64,000 bases of DNA from Felis catus (Eukaryota). This document shows positions 27,401 to 40,099 of the stretch, one piece after another. The DNA lies in NCBI RefSeq assembly GCF_018350175.1, contig NC_058368.1, positions 153,080,001 to 153,144,000 of the forward strand. The letters are read 5' to 3'. The position numbers and the translations under genes were made by a program. The notes beneath the pieces were generated by a model. That model had not been told where the DNA came from. It saw only the letters and a program-made list of their open reading frames with translations, and did no database searches. The stretch's first letter is position 1. Each line of letters begins with the position of its first letter.

Positions 27401-29097
27401 GTGGGTCTCTTGTAAACAGCATATAGATGGATCTTGTTTTCTTATCCATTCTGTTACCCTGTTTCTTTTGATTGGAGCATTGAGTCCACTGATGTTTAGA
27501 GTGAGTATTGAAAAATATGAGTTTATTGCCATTATGTTTCTTGTAGAGTTGGAGTTTCTGGTGGTGTTCTCTGTCCTTTCTAGTCTTTGTTGCTTTTGGT
27601 CTTTTTTTTTTTTTTTTCAACTTTTCTCCCCTCAGAGAGTCTCCCTTAAAATTTCTTGCAGGGCTGATTAGTGGTCACAAACTCCTTTAATTTTTGTTTG
27701 GGAAACTTTTAATCTCTCCTTCTATTTTGAATGACAGCCTTGCTGGATAAAGAATTCTTGACTGTATATTTTTCCAGTTCAGCACATTGAATATATCCTT
27801 CCACTCCTTTCTGACTTGCCAAATTTCTGTGGACAGGTCTACTGTAAACCTGATCTGTCTGCCCTTGTAGGTTAAGGACTTTTTTTCCCTTGCTGCTTTC
27901 ATGATTCTTTCTTTGCCTGAATGTTTTTGTGAATTTGACTATGATATGCCTTGCTGATGGTCGGTTTTTGTTGAATCTTATAGGAGTCCTGTGTGCTTCC
28001 TGGATTTTGATATCTGTGTCTTCCCCAGGTTAGGAAAGTTTTCTGCTGTGATTTGCTCACATAACCCTTCTTACGCTTTTTCTCTCTCTTAATCTTCTGG
28101 GGCCCTATGATTCTGAGGTTGTTCCTTTTTAATGAGTCTCTAATTCTTAAATCGTGCTCTTTTGCCTTAGTCGCCCTCTTTTTTTCTGCTTCATTATTGT
28201 CCAAAGTTTGTCCTCTGTATCGCTGATTTGCTGCCCTACCTCATCTATCCTTGCTGTCATGGCATCCATTCGAAATTGCAGCTCAGTTATAGCATTTTTT
28301 ATTACATCCTGACTAGCTTTTACTTCTTTTATCTCCACAGAGAGGAATTCTAATCTATTTTCGACCCCAGCTAGTATTCTTAGAATTGTGATTCTAAATT
28401 CTGGTTCAGACACCTTGCTTCTTTCTGTGCTGATTAAGTCCCTGGTTGTCGTTTCTTCCTGCTCTTTCTTTTGGGGTGCATTCCTTCATTTTATCATTTT
28501 GATGGAAGAAAAGGAATTAATAATGTAAAAAAATTAAAATTAAAAAATTAAAAACAACACATACATACACACACACACACACACACAAATCAAATAAATG
28601 ATGATATAACCTAGGTGTGTTTTGGTCTGGCTATTGAAAGGGGCTTGAAAGATTAGAGAGAAAAGTGGGGGATAAAAAAGGGGAAAAAAAAGAAAAACAA
28701 AAAAAAAAAGAAAAAGGTTGAAAATTTGAGAAAATGAATACAATTAAATAGAATAAAACGAAATGATGGAAGAAAAATAAAATTTGAAAAATTTACCAAA
28801 AAAGTAAAAATAGTAGAAAAAAATAAAAATATTTTTAATAAAAATTGAAAATAAAAATAAATTTTTTCTTTCTGTATCTGTATTCAAGAAAGAGAAAAGA
28901 AACAAAAAAAGAAAAAAAATTGAATAGATGGACCAGTGAACAGACTGAAATACAATTGAAATTACATTGCTTTCCCATAGAAGTCAAACTATGAAGCACC
29001 TTATAGTCTGTATACTAAGCAGGCAGAGAGATTTGTGGTGTTCCTGATGAGCGAGGTTGGCCCAGTTGGGCGGGGTTTAGTGTAACATCTCCGTTCT

Positions 29098-29112
29098 CCA
29101 CTAGATGGCGCT
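29098..29112 (+). promoter_or_regulatory. CTCF core motif in L1 5'UTR
   Basis: CCACTAGATGGCGCT fits the CTCF consensus CC[A/G][C/G][C/T]AG[A/G][G/T]GGC[A/G][C/G]; binding not shown. Confidence 0.55.
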
Positions 29113-30054
29113 GCTTAGCTTACTGGAGGGGATTCTTGTGGCACTTGTAGGTGTGTATGTGCATGCGTGGGGCGGGGGGGGGGGTGTGGGTGGTGAAAAT
29201 GGCATCACCTAGCTACCCCGTCTCTAGTATCGAAACTCTTTGCTCTTCCCAACCAGCAATAGTGCACCTGTCCTTTGTCTCTGGCTTCCATCCACTCCCC
29301 ACTTTTACACTGTCTGTGACCAAGCTGTCAAGGTGCCAGGCAGCAACTCCCTCCTGAGTTTTATCTCATATGTGGCTGTGTTTCCTGACCCCTCATTTCT
29401 GAGGGACTGCAGCTTTGATCTGCTCAGATAATCTGGGGGAGGGTTTCACTGAGGAATGGCCCAGTGCCAGCTGCACCCAGGAACGTTTGTGGGACTGCTG
29501 CTGCCAATGCCCTGAGACTGTGTGCGGCTGGTTGCCAGCCCACCCCAGAAAAAGTTCACACGGTCGTGTAGCAGCAGTATTTCAGGGATTATGGAAAATC
29601 ACAACACACATCTGGCACCACAGAGCTTTCATTCTTACATTTATACTCTTTTTGTAGACAGTATTCTCCTAATCCAATAAGAGGCTTCTACCTACCCTAT
29701 TCTTCTCCCACTTACACCCTCAATAGTGACATCATTTATTTTCCTTTGAGAAACTTGTTTACATAAACCATAAAGGAGATCACTTTATATCTATATATAT
29801 CGAGATAGATATCTACCTGTCAGGGCTTTCCCACTTGGGACTTTTCACTGTTGCTTCTATACCTGTATAATCCAGTCCTTCAGATTTCAAAACTTCAGGG
29901 AAAGTGAAATGTGTCATTTCCACACCAAAACTGGGGGTTTCCCATAGAGTGAATAGAATTTTGGCCTCCATATCCTTCACTTCCAGTTTTACTTTTCTTT
30001 TCTAAATTAATCGGTGAACTGTATCTTGTTTTCCCCAAGTATTGTGGTCCATAT

Positions 30055-30290
30055 TTCTTGTTTTGTTTTGTTTTGTTTCAAGTTTTTATTTAAATTCTAG
30101 TTAGTTAAACATTCTAGTATAGTGCACGATTGTTTTCAGGAATAGAATTTAGTGATTCATGACTTACATAAAAGACCCAGTCCTCAACACAACAAGTGTC
30201 CTCTTTAATACCCATCACCCATCTAGCCCACCCCCCACCCACCTCCCCTCCAGCAACCCTCAGTTTGTTCTCTATAGTCAAGAGTCTCTT
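30055..30290 (-). mobile_element. L1 3'UTR fragment (left part; resumes at 36414-36465)
   Basis: T-rich tail, then ...CAACCCTCAGTTTGTTCTCTATAGTCAAGAGTCTCTT, continuing as ATGGTTTGCTTCCCTCTC...GTTCATCTGTTT after 36413. Confidence 0.88.
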
Positions 30291-30300
30291 GGAGAGAGAG

Positions 30301-30310
30301 AAAATGGCGG
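30301..30310 (+). promoter_or_regulatory. YY1-type site at the L1 5' end (internal promoter)
   Basis: AAAATGGCGG about 10 nt into the element, the position where mammalian L1s carry a YY1 site. Confidence 0.6.
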
Positions 30311-33300
30311 TGTAGGAGGATGCTGGGCTCACCTTGTCCTGCTGATCACTTAGATTCCACCTACATCTGCCTAAATAACCCAGAAAACCGCCAGAAGACG
30401 AGCAGAATGGACTCTTCGGAGCCAAGTGTAGACAAGAGGCCCACGAAGAGAGTAGGAAGGGCAGAGAGGCAGTGAGCACTACACGGACTGGCGAGAGGGA
30501 GCCAGGGCAGTGGAGGGGCAGCCCACCTGGCAAGGCAGAGCCCCCCAAGTCTGACTTGCAAAAGCAGAGGGTCCTTACTGCATGAGTTCTGACAGCCAGT
30601 GGGGCTTAACATCTGGAATGTTATAAGTCAACAGCTCTGCTTAGAGAGCGGGAGGGCTTGAAGACACCGGGAGGGAGAGTTGCTAAACCCCAGAAGACAG
30701 AGCCCACCTCGGCGAGGAACAAAGGCGCTGGCCAGCGCCATCTCCCTCTCCCATCCCCCAGCTGAAATCCCAAAGGGAACCAGTTCCCATCACCGAATTT
30801 GCTTGCACTGTGCAAACACCCAACTCTGTGCTTCTGTAGATCCATCCCTCCGACGGGTCTGCCTGTCTCCCTCCCGGTGCTGCAGGGCCCCTTCTGCAGG
30901 GGGACCACCCATGGCAAAGCGAGCTAAGCCGCCCCTGCGCACCTTGCTGATCCACCCCTGCTAATATGCCAGATCCCATCAAAGCAGCACCACAAGCCTG
31001 GCAGTGTGCAAGTAGCCCAGACAGGGGCCACACCACTCCACAGTATGTCCTGCCCCTGAGAGTGGGAAAGATAAGGTATACACCAGTCTTACTGTGGCCC
31101 CAGCTGGGGGCTGGGGGCAGACATCAGGTCTGACTGCGGCTCCACCCACCAACACAAGTTACTCCAGACAGCACAGAGGAAGTGCCCTGCAGTTCCGCAC
31201 CACCTCAGGGACTATCCAAAATGACGAAACGGAAGAATTCTCCTCAAAAGAAACTCCAGGAAGTAGCGACAGCTAACATATTGATCAAAAATGATTTAAG
31301 CAATATAACAGAACAAGAATTTAGAATAATAGTCATAAAATGAATCGCTGGGCTTGAAAAAAGTATAGAGGACAGAAGAGAATCTATTGCTACAGAGATC
31401 AAGGGACTAAGAAATAGTCATGAGGAACTAAAAAATTGTATAAATGAGGTGCACAATAAAATGGAGGTGACCACAGCTCAGATTGAAGAGGCAGATGAGA
31501 GAATAGGTGAAGTAGAAGATAAAATTATGGAAAAAGAGGACGCTGAGAAAAAGAGAGATAAAAAAAATCCAGGAGTATGAGGGGAGAATTAGAGCACTAA
31601 GTGATGCAATGAAATGGAACAGTATCTGTATAATAGGAATTCCAGAAGAGGAAGAGAGAGAGAAAGGGGCTAAAGGTGTACTTTAACAAATCATAGCTGA
31701 GATCTGGGGAAGGGAAAAGTCATTGAAATCCAAGAGGCACAGAGAACTCCCTTCAGATGTAACTTGAATCGATCTTCTGCACTGATATCATAGTGAAACT
31801 GGCAAAATACAAGGACAAACAGAAAATTCTGAAAGCAGCTAGGGATAAACATGCCATAACATACAAAGGGAGACCGATAAGACTAGTGACAGACCTATCT
31901 ACTGAAACTTGGCAGGCCAGATAGCAATGGCAGGAAATCTTCAATGTGATGAACAGAAAAAATATGCAGCCGAGAATCCTTTATCCAGCAAGTCTGCCAT
32001 TCAGAATAGGAGAGATAAAGGTCTTCCCAAACAAACAAAAACTGAAGGAATTCATCACCACTAAACCAGCCCTACAAGAGATCCTAACGGGGATTCTGTG
32101 AGTGAAATGTGCAAGGACCACAAAGTACCAGAGACATCACTACAAGCATGAAACCTACAGACATCACAATGACTCTAAACCCATATCTTTCTATAATAAC
32201 ACTGAATGTAAATAGACTAAATGCTCCAACCAAAAGACATAGGGTATCAGAATGGATAAAAAAACAAGACCCATCTATTTGCTGTCTATAAGAGACTTAT
32301 TTTAGACCTGAGGACACCTTCAGATTGAAAGTGAGGGGATGGAGAGCTATCATGCTACTGGAAATCAAAAGAAAGCTGGAGTAGCCATATTTATATCAGA
32401 CAAACTAGACTTTAAATTAAAGGCTGTAACAAGAGATGAAGAAGGACATTATATAATAATTACAGGGTCTATCCATCAGGAAGAGCTAACAATTATAAAT
32501 GTCTATGTGCCAAATATGGGAGCCCCCAAATATATAAAACAATCACAAACATAAGCAACTTTATTGATAAGAATGTGGTAATTGCAGGAGACTTTAATTC
32601 TCCACTTACAACAGTGGATAGATCATCTAGACACAGGATCAATAAAGAAACAAGGGCTTTAACAATAAAGATACATTGGATCAGATGGACTTGACAGATA
32701 TATTTAGAACTCTGCATCCCAAAGCAACAGAATATACTTTCTTCTCGAGTGCACATGGAACATTCTCCAAGATAGATCACATACTGGGTCACAAAACAGC
32801 CCTTCATAAGTATACAAGAATTGAGATCATACCCTGCATACTTTCAGACCACAATGCTATGAAGCTTGAAACCAACGATAGGAAAAAGCCTGGAAAACCT
32901 CCAAAAGCGTGGAGGTTAAAGAACACCCTACTAAAGAATGAATAGGTCAACCAGTCAATTAGAGAAGAAATTTGAAAATATATGGAAACAAATGAAAATG
33001 AAAATACAACAATCTAAATGCTTTGGGATGCAGCGAAGGCAGTCCTGAGAGGAAAATACATTGCAATCCAGGCCTATCTCAAGAAACAAGAAAATTCCCA
33101 AATACAAAATCTAACAGCACACTAAAGGAAATAGAAGCAGAACAGCAAGACACCCCAAACCCAGCAGAAGAAGAGAAATAATAAAGATCAGAGCAGAAAT
33201 AAACAATATAGAATCTAAAAAAAAACTGTAGAGCAGATCAATGAAACCAAGAGTAGGCTTTTTGAAAAAATAAACAAAATTGATTAACCTCTAGCCAGGC

Positions 33301-33341
33301 TTCTCAAAAAGAAAAGGGAGGGGACCCAAATAGATAAAATC

Positions 33342-34421
33342 ATGAATGAAAATGGAATTATTGCAACCAATCCCTCAGAAATACAAGCAATTATCAGGGA
33401 ATACTATGAAAAATTATATGCCAACAAACTGGACAACCTGGAAGAAATGGACAAATTCCTAAGCACCCACACCCTTCCAAAACTCAAACAGGAAGAAATA
33501 GAAAACTTGAACAGACCCATAACCAGCAAAGAAATTGAATCAGTTATCAAAAATCTCCCAACAAATAAGAGTCCAGGACCAGATGACTTCCCAGGGGAGT
33601 TCTACCAGACATTTAAAGCAGAGATAATACCTATCCTTCTCAAGCTGTTCCAAAAAACAGAAAGGGAAGGAAAACTCCCAGACTCATTCTATGAAGCCAG
33701 CATTACCTTGATTCCTAAACCAGACAGAGACCCAGCAAAAAAAGAGAACTACGGGCCAATATCCCTGATGAATATAGATGCACAAATTCTCAATAATATA
33801 CTAGCAAATCAAGTTCAACAGCATATAAAAAGAATTATTCACCATGATCAAGTGGGATTCATTCCTGGGCTGCAGGGCTGCTTCAACATTCACAAATCAA
33901 TCAATGTGATACATCACATTAATAAAAGAAAAGAGAAGAACCATATGATCCTGTCAATCGATGCAGAAAAAGCATTTGACAAAATTCAGCATCCTTTCTT
34001 AATAAAAACCCTCGAGAAAGTCAGGATAGAAGGAACATACTTAAACATCATAAAAGCCATTTATGAAAAGCCCACAGCTAATATCATCCTCAATGGGGAA
34101 AAACTGAGAGCTTTCCCCCTGAGATCAGGAACACAACAGGTATGTCCACTCTCACCGCGGTTGTTTAACATAGTGTTGGAAGTGCTAGCATCAGCAATCA
34201 GACAACAAAAGGAAATCAAAGGCATCAAAATTGGCAAAAATGAAGTCAAGCTTTCACTTTTTGCAGATGACATGATATTATACATGGAAAACCCAATAGA
34301 CTCCACCAAAAGTCTGCTAGAACTGATACATGAATTCAGCAAAGTTGCAGGATACAAAATCAATGTGCAGAAATCGTTGCATTCTTACACACTAATAATG
34401 AACCAACAGAAAGACAAATAA
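33342..34421 (+). pseudogene. Longest open remnant of L1 ORF2 (Z domain plus reverse transcriptase)
   Basis: 359 aa containing [37 protein letters not shown] (degenerate GTRQGCPLSP) and FADD. Confidence 0.93.
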
Positions 34422-36190
34422 AGAAACTGATCCCATTCACAATTGCACCAAGAAGCATAAAATACCTAGGAATAAACCTAACCAAAGATGTAAAAGATCT
34501 GTATGCTGAAAACTATAGAAAGCCTATGAAGGAAATTGAAGAAGATATAAAGAAATGGAAAAACATTCTGTGGTCATGGGTTGGAAGAATAAATATTGTT
34601 AAAATGTCAATAGTACCCAAAGCTATCTACACATTCAATGCAATCCCAATCAAAATTGCACCAGCATTCTTCTCGAAACTAGAACAAGCAATCCTAAAAT
34701 TTGTATGGAACCACAAAAGACCCCGGATAGCCAAAGTAATTCTGAAGAAGAAGACCAAAGCAGGAGGCATCACAATCCCAGACTTTAGCCTCTACTACAA
34801 AGCTGTAATCATCAAGACAGCATGGTATTGGCACAAAAATTGACACATAGACCAATGGAATGGAATAGAAACCCCAGAATTAGACCCACAAAAGTGTGGC
34901 AACTGATCTTTGGCAAAGCAGGAAAGAATGGAAAAAAGACAGTCTCTTTAACAAAGGGTGCTGGGAGAACTGGACACCAACATGCAGAAGGATGAAACTA
35001 GACCATTTTCTTACACCATTCACAAAAATAAACTCACAATGGATAGAGGACCTGAATGTGAGACAGGAAACCATCAAAACCCTAGAGGAGAAAGCAGGAA
35101 AAGACCTCTCTGACCTCAGCCTCAGCATTTTCTTACTTGACATCTCCAAAGGCAAGGGAATTAAAAGCAAAAATGAACTATTGGGACCTCTTGAAGATAA
35201 AAAGCTTCTGCACTGCAGAGGAAACAACCAACAAAACTAAAAGGCAACCAACAGAATGGGAAAAGATATTTGCAAATGACATATCGGACAAAGGGCTAGT
35301 ATCCAAAATCTATAAAGAGCTCACCAAACCCCACACCCGAAAAACAAATTATCCAGTGAAGAAATGGGCAGAAAACATGAATAGACACTTCTCTAAAGAA
35401 GACATCCGGATGGCCAACAGGCACATGAAAAGATGCTCAACGTTGCTCCTCATCAGGGAAATACAAATCAAAACCACACTCAGATACCACCTCACACCAG
35501 AGTGGCTAAAATGAACAAATCAGGAGACTATAGATGCTGGCGAGGATGTGGAGAAACAGGAACCTTCTTGCACTGTTGGTGGGAATACAAACTGTTGCAG
35601 CCACTGTGGAAAACAGTGTGGGTGTTCCTCAGAAAATTAAAAATAGATCTACCCTATGACCCAGCAATAGCACTGCTAGGAATTTACCCAAGGGATACAG
35701 GAGTACTGATGCATAGGGGCACTTGTACCCCAATGTTTATAGCAGCACTTTCAACAATAGCCAAATACAGAAAGAGCCTAAATGTCCATCAACTAATGAA
35801 TAGATAAATTGTGGTTTATGTAGACAATGGAATACTACATGGCAATGAGAAAGAATGAAGTATGGCCTTTTGTAGCAACGTGGATGGAACTGGTGAGTGT
35901 TACGCTAAGTGAAATAAGTCATACAAAGAAAGACAGATACCATATGTTTTCATTCTTATGTGGATCCAGAGAAACTTACCAGAATACCATGGGGGAGGGG
36001 AAGGAAAAAAAAGAGGTTAGAGAGGATGGGAGCCAAAACATAAGGGACTCTTAAGGAGGGAGGGGTGGGTGGGTGATGGTTACTGAGAAGGGCACCTATT
36101 GGGATGAGCACTGGGTATTATATGGAAACCAATTTGACAATAAATTTCATATTTAAAAAGAAAAAACTCATTTGCAAAAAAAAGTCTCTT

Positions 36191-36402
36191 AGAGCTCCTG
36201 AGTGGCTCAGTCTGTTAAGCCTCCAACTCTTGATTTCAGCTCAGGTCATGATCTCACGCTTCATGAGATCAAGCCCTGTGTCAGGCTCTCTGCTGACAGC
36301 ATGGCACCTACTTGGAATTCTCTCTACCCCTTCCCTGTTCATGCTTGCAAGCACATGTGTGTGCATGCTCTCTCTATATATAAATAAATAAACTTTAAGA
36401 AA
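36191..36402 (+). mobile_element. Can-SINE abutting the L1 tail
   Basis: Head GAGCTCCTGAGTGGCTCAG; followed by AAGAGTCTCTT. Confidence 0.92.
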
Positions 36403-37314
36403 AAGAGTCTCTTATGGTTTGCTTCCCTCTCTTTTTTTTCCCTTCCCCTGTGTTCATCTGTTTTTTTTCTACATATTCTTACCTTTTTACATATTTATTA
36501 GATATGCTTTACATGTTAGCAGAGCATTATGGGATTTTATAATAATCTTTTTTTGTTATATTTTATTTTTCTTGCTCCAAGATCCTTCAGGAAAGGAATT
36601 ATACCTCATACACTTCTTATGTTTCCAGCTATAACTGTCAAATTGTAGACATATATAAATACTCAATAAATATTAATTAATGGTAAAGTCATAGGCCAGC
36701 TCTAGCAACCGTGATATGAACGTATCAAGGGTTAGATATCTAAAACACATCTTTGATGTGCTAACCCATTACTTTGAAGACCAACATCCTTAAATATTTG
36801 TTCAATAAAATATTCAGGATATCAGAATTGAAATGGGCCCAGCAACAGAGCTGAGCATTGGAGTTAGACATAACTATGTTATGTACAACTGGCGATAATG
36901 ACCTTAAAATGCTTGACACGTCACCTCATCTACTCACATTTCACTTGTTTTCTCAGTAGTTAAAAGTTACCCCTGTTGTTATCAGGATGTTTTACTAATA
37001 CCACAAGGAATTGTATAGTATATTTTAAACAGCATTGACTAAGTCCACTTAACAGTGTCTTAATGATTTGACGTCAACATTTAGGAACATTATTAGTTAT
37101 TGCAGTGTGCTATAAATGTTAATGTGACTGTAGGTAATACATGATATTGGTATCATTGAACACTCACTTCTGCAAGGGAGTACTCTAGAAGTTTTCTCTT
37201 GGAGTGTTTGCAACTTTCACATAAAGTCAGTGGAATCTGTGGACCTGATCCCCAAAGCAATGTAATGTGGCTACCGATCAGTAAAATGTGATTGATTAAA
37301 GGCTAGATTATCCT

Positions 37315-37545
37315 GGGGTGTCTGGGTGGCTCAGTGGGTTGAATGTCTGACTTTGGCTCAGGTTCATGATCTCACAGGGGTTTGAGCCCCTGTGGCTCGA
37401 GCTCGCAGGTTCAAGCCCCATGTCAGGCTTTGCACTGACAGCTCAGAGTCTGCTTCAGATTCCCTGTCTCCCTATCTCTCTGCCCCTCCCCTACTCATGC
37501 TCTCTCTCTGCCAAAAATAAATAAACATTAAACAATTTTTTCTTA
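37315..37545 (+). mobile_element. Can-SINE with a small internal duplication around the B-box
   Basis: TSD GATTATCCT; TTGAGCCCC and TTCAAGCCCC both present. Confidence 0.92.
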
Positions 37546-37646
37546 AGTTGGATTATCCTTCTACCCAGTGATTTTTGCTTTTTGGAGAAATCTCCCCCAT
37601 TGCTGTCAGAATTTGTTGATCCTTAAAATATCAATATCACATTTCA

Positions 37647-37865
37647 GGGGCACCTGTGTGGCTCCATCAGTTAACCATCTGACTTTGGCTCAGGTCTTGA
37701 TCTCATGGTTCATGGGTTGGAGCCTGGTGTTGGGCTCTGTGCTAACAGCTCAGAGCCTGGAGCCTGCTTTGTATTCTGTGTCTCCCTCTCTCTCTCTCTG
37801 CCCCTCCCTGTTCATGCTCTGTGTGTGTGTATCTCAGAAATAAACATTAAAAAGTTTTTAAAAAT
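37647..37865 (+). mobile_element. Can-SINE
   Basis: TSD ATCACATTTC. Confidence 0.93.
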
Positions 37866-38792
37866 CTATATCATCACATTTCTACCTTTCTCATATTTTT
37901 CATAGACTCCAATGAAACATATACGAGGGTATTGTAAGAGTATTTGGGGAAAGAACACCTCAAATTCTACAAAGTCTTCATCAGGAAAAGGAAGTAATAT
38001 TTGTGATAACATGACACACACCCCCAGTATCCTCTAAGCTATTCCTAAATGCTTTGAGCTTATTGAAATCTCAGATTTAAAGCACAAAAAAACTACATTT
38101 GCAATATTAACCTAAGATGGAAAGTACTGCCTCCTGCCTGTGTGATGCGGGATTAGCTGTACCTGAGGCTGCTTTCCTGCTAAAGGCTATACTACAAGGA
38201 TCTCTGTCCACAGGTGCAATCATGAAGTAAAATGAGGGTTGGGGGATACAAAAAGACAGATATTTTTTGGACGTTAATCTTGTATTCCCATGGTCACCTC
38301 TATAAGACTTTTTTAAACTTAGGAAAACGTATCATTTTACCATCTTCTGATACAAGAAGGTGATACGATTAGTCAGAATTGATTTAGCCATCCATGCAGA
38401 GACTGAGTAATAGGTAAGGGCAGGATACCTTGAATGCTGTAGGACAATGACATTTTCTAGTACCAAACAATTTTGTTTTATGAGAACATAGAGCATTAGT
38501 ACATGTAAAAAATAACAAGTCAGCCTGACCTCATTAAATTCTGAAGGGGCTTGATTCACTGGAACCTACCTGGAGCAAAGTTCCCAAGCACTGTCCAATA
38601 GGGTGATTGCAGCATTATCGTTGTTCAGAGAACAGACTGTTTGGACTTGAGTTTCTTGGAAAAAGAAAAAAGGTCATTTTGGAAATCATGATTTTCAGAA
38701 TTTTTTTTTCAACTTTCTCTAGTCTTTGTTAATACTTTGAGTCCAATGTTCATCTTTGGAATTTATGTGTAAAAAATATATTTTACCTTTTT

Positions 38793-38996
38793 GGGGCGCC
38801 TGGGTGGCGCAGTCGGTTGAGCGTCCGACTTCAGCCAGGTCACGATCTCGCGGTCCGTGAGTTCGAGCCCCGCGTCAGGCTCTGGGCTGATGGCTCGGAG
38901 CCTGGAGCCTGTTTCCGATTCTGTGTCTCCCTCTCTCTCTGCCCCTCCCCCGTTCATGCTCTGTCTCTCTCTGTCCCAAAAATAAATAAATGTTGA

Positions 38997-39008
<12 letters not shown>
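38793..39008 (+). mobile_element. Very young Can-SINE (SINEC_Fc)
   Basis: CpGs largely intact (GGCGCAGTCGG, CACGATCTCGCGGTCCG); TSD ending TTACCTTTTT. Confidence 0.97.
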
Positions 39009-39031
<23 letters not shown>

Positions 39032-39851
39032 TTACCTTTTTAATGAGCTAGGGATGTGGGCAACTGTCTCATTCAGCAAGAGCTAATTATATACGATACA
39101 AAGCTATCTTTTGGTTTATATATCTGACCTTCAAGATTTCAGGCAGCTTATTATTTGATGAATTTAAATATCTGCTCTGTTTGAAGTACATGAAACAATA
39201 TTGCTGTAGTATGTGCATGTTTTTCTTTGCTCAATCTTTTTTTAAGTAGATACAGTTTACACACTGAAAGGTGAGACTGATTCTTATAGTTTGGTCCTTG
39301 GACTTCTTAGAAGGCAGTTGTCAAGGAATTGAGTTAGATAGCAACACTCACCACCATGGTGTAGACTGAGCTCTAAAACTAGTAGACATGACAGTGATCT
39401 CCTACTCCATCTTCAGGAGCAGTGTTGTTTCAAACAACAGTGTGTGTTCGCTCCCTCTTTCTCTAGCACTCACTCACCAGCTGTGTTTTAACTGTGGCCA
39501 TTATAGTTGCATGTAAAACCTACTAAAGCTACTTGGAGTAAAGGGAGTGGAGTTATAGACAGTCTCGGGCATTCTCATGGACATTCAGAAGTAGACAATG
39601 AGATATAGTTGGACCTCAGAGAACCTGGAATTAGAGTGCTGAAAACCAAAACCACACTTTTCATTTTTTAGGGACCACAGAGTCTCCCACATCTTCTTGT
39701 GAGTATCTCAATGCTCATCCACTCCTTCCTTCTCTCCCTTTGTCCATTTTTTCTGTATATTCATTGTATATTTACTCCAGTGTGGATGTTTTCCCTGAAT
39801 GTACATTGACTCTAATGTCCACCACTATCTGGCACCTATCCATGTCAAATT

Positions 39852-40073
39852 CTTTTTGTTTTTTCAAGTATTTATTTATTTTGAGAGAGAGAGAACACTT
39901 GCATGCATGTGCATTGGGGGAGGGGCAGAGAGAGGGAGAAAGAGAATTTCAAGCAGGCTCCGTGCTGCCAGCGCAGAGCCTGATTTGGGGCTTGAACCCA
40001 TGAACCATAAGATCATGAGCTGAGCTGAAATCAGGAATCAGTTGCTTAACCGACTGAGCCATCTAGGTGCCCC
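39852..40073 (-). mobile_element. Can-SINE
   Basis: TSD CATGTCARATTCTT; poly-C run at the 5' junction. Confidence 0.93.
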
Positions 40074-40099
40074 CCCCCCCCCCCCGCCATGTCAGATTC

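Larger units (their letters stand above)
23643..29620 (-). mobile_element. Near full-length LINE-1, inactive (5'UTR about 29620-28500; ORF1 about 28497-27632; ORF2 about 27532-23888)
   Basis: ORF1 peptides (SEPEFRITILRILAG, NIQSRILYPARLSFKIEGEIKSF), ORF2 EN start MAINSYFSILTLNISGLNAPIKR and C-terminal [14 protein letters not shown]; poly-T at 23644; TSD AGCYTTCATTCT at 23631 and 29624; many stops and frameshifts. Confidence 0.96.
30291..36180 (+). mobile_element. Full-length felid LINE-1, inactive (5'UTR 30291-31220; ORF1 from 31221; ORF2 from 32169 to about 35970)
   Basis: GC-rich 5'UTR; ORF1 MTKRKNSPQKKLQE; ORF2 MTLNPYLSIITLNVN; 359-aa open RT stretch with [10 protein letters not shown]-terminal HCWWEYKL; 3'UTR AATAAA and A tail; flanked by AAGAGTCTCTT (30280) and AAAGTCTCTT (36181); several stops and frameshifts. 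Confidence 0.97.

Noticed and set aside
30114..31036. Antisense ORFs in the L1 5'UTR as an ORF0 analogue
   Set aside because: GC-rich UTR yields long stop-free frames, several with non-ATG starts; conservation across copies cannot be tested here.
33342..34421. Reverse transcriptase as a novel RT system (retron or DGR-like)
   Set aside because: It is ordinary LINE-1 ORF2 within a full-length L1 that has ORF1, EN, 3'UTR, poly(A) and TSD.
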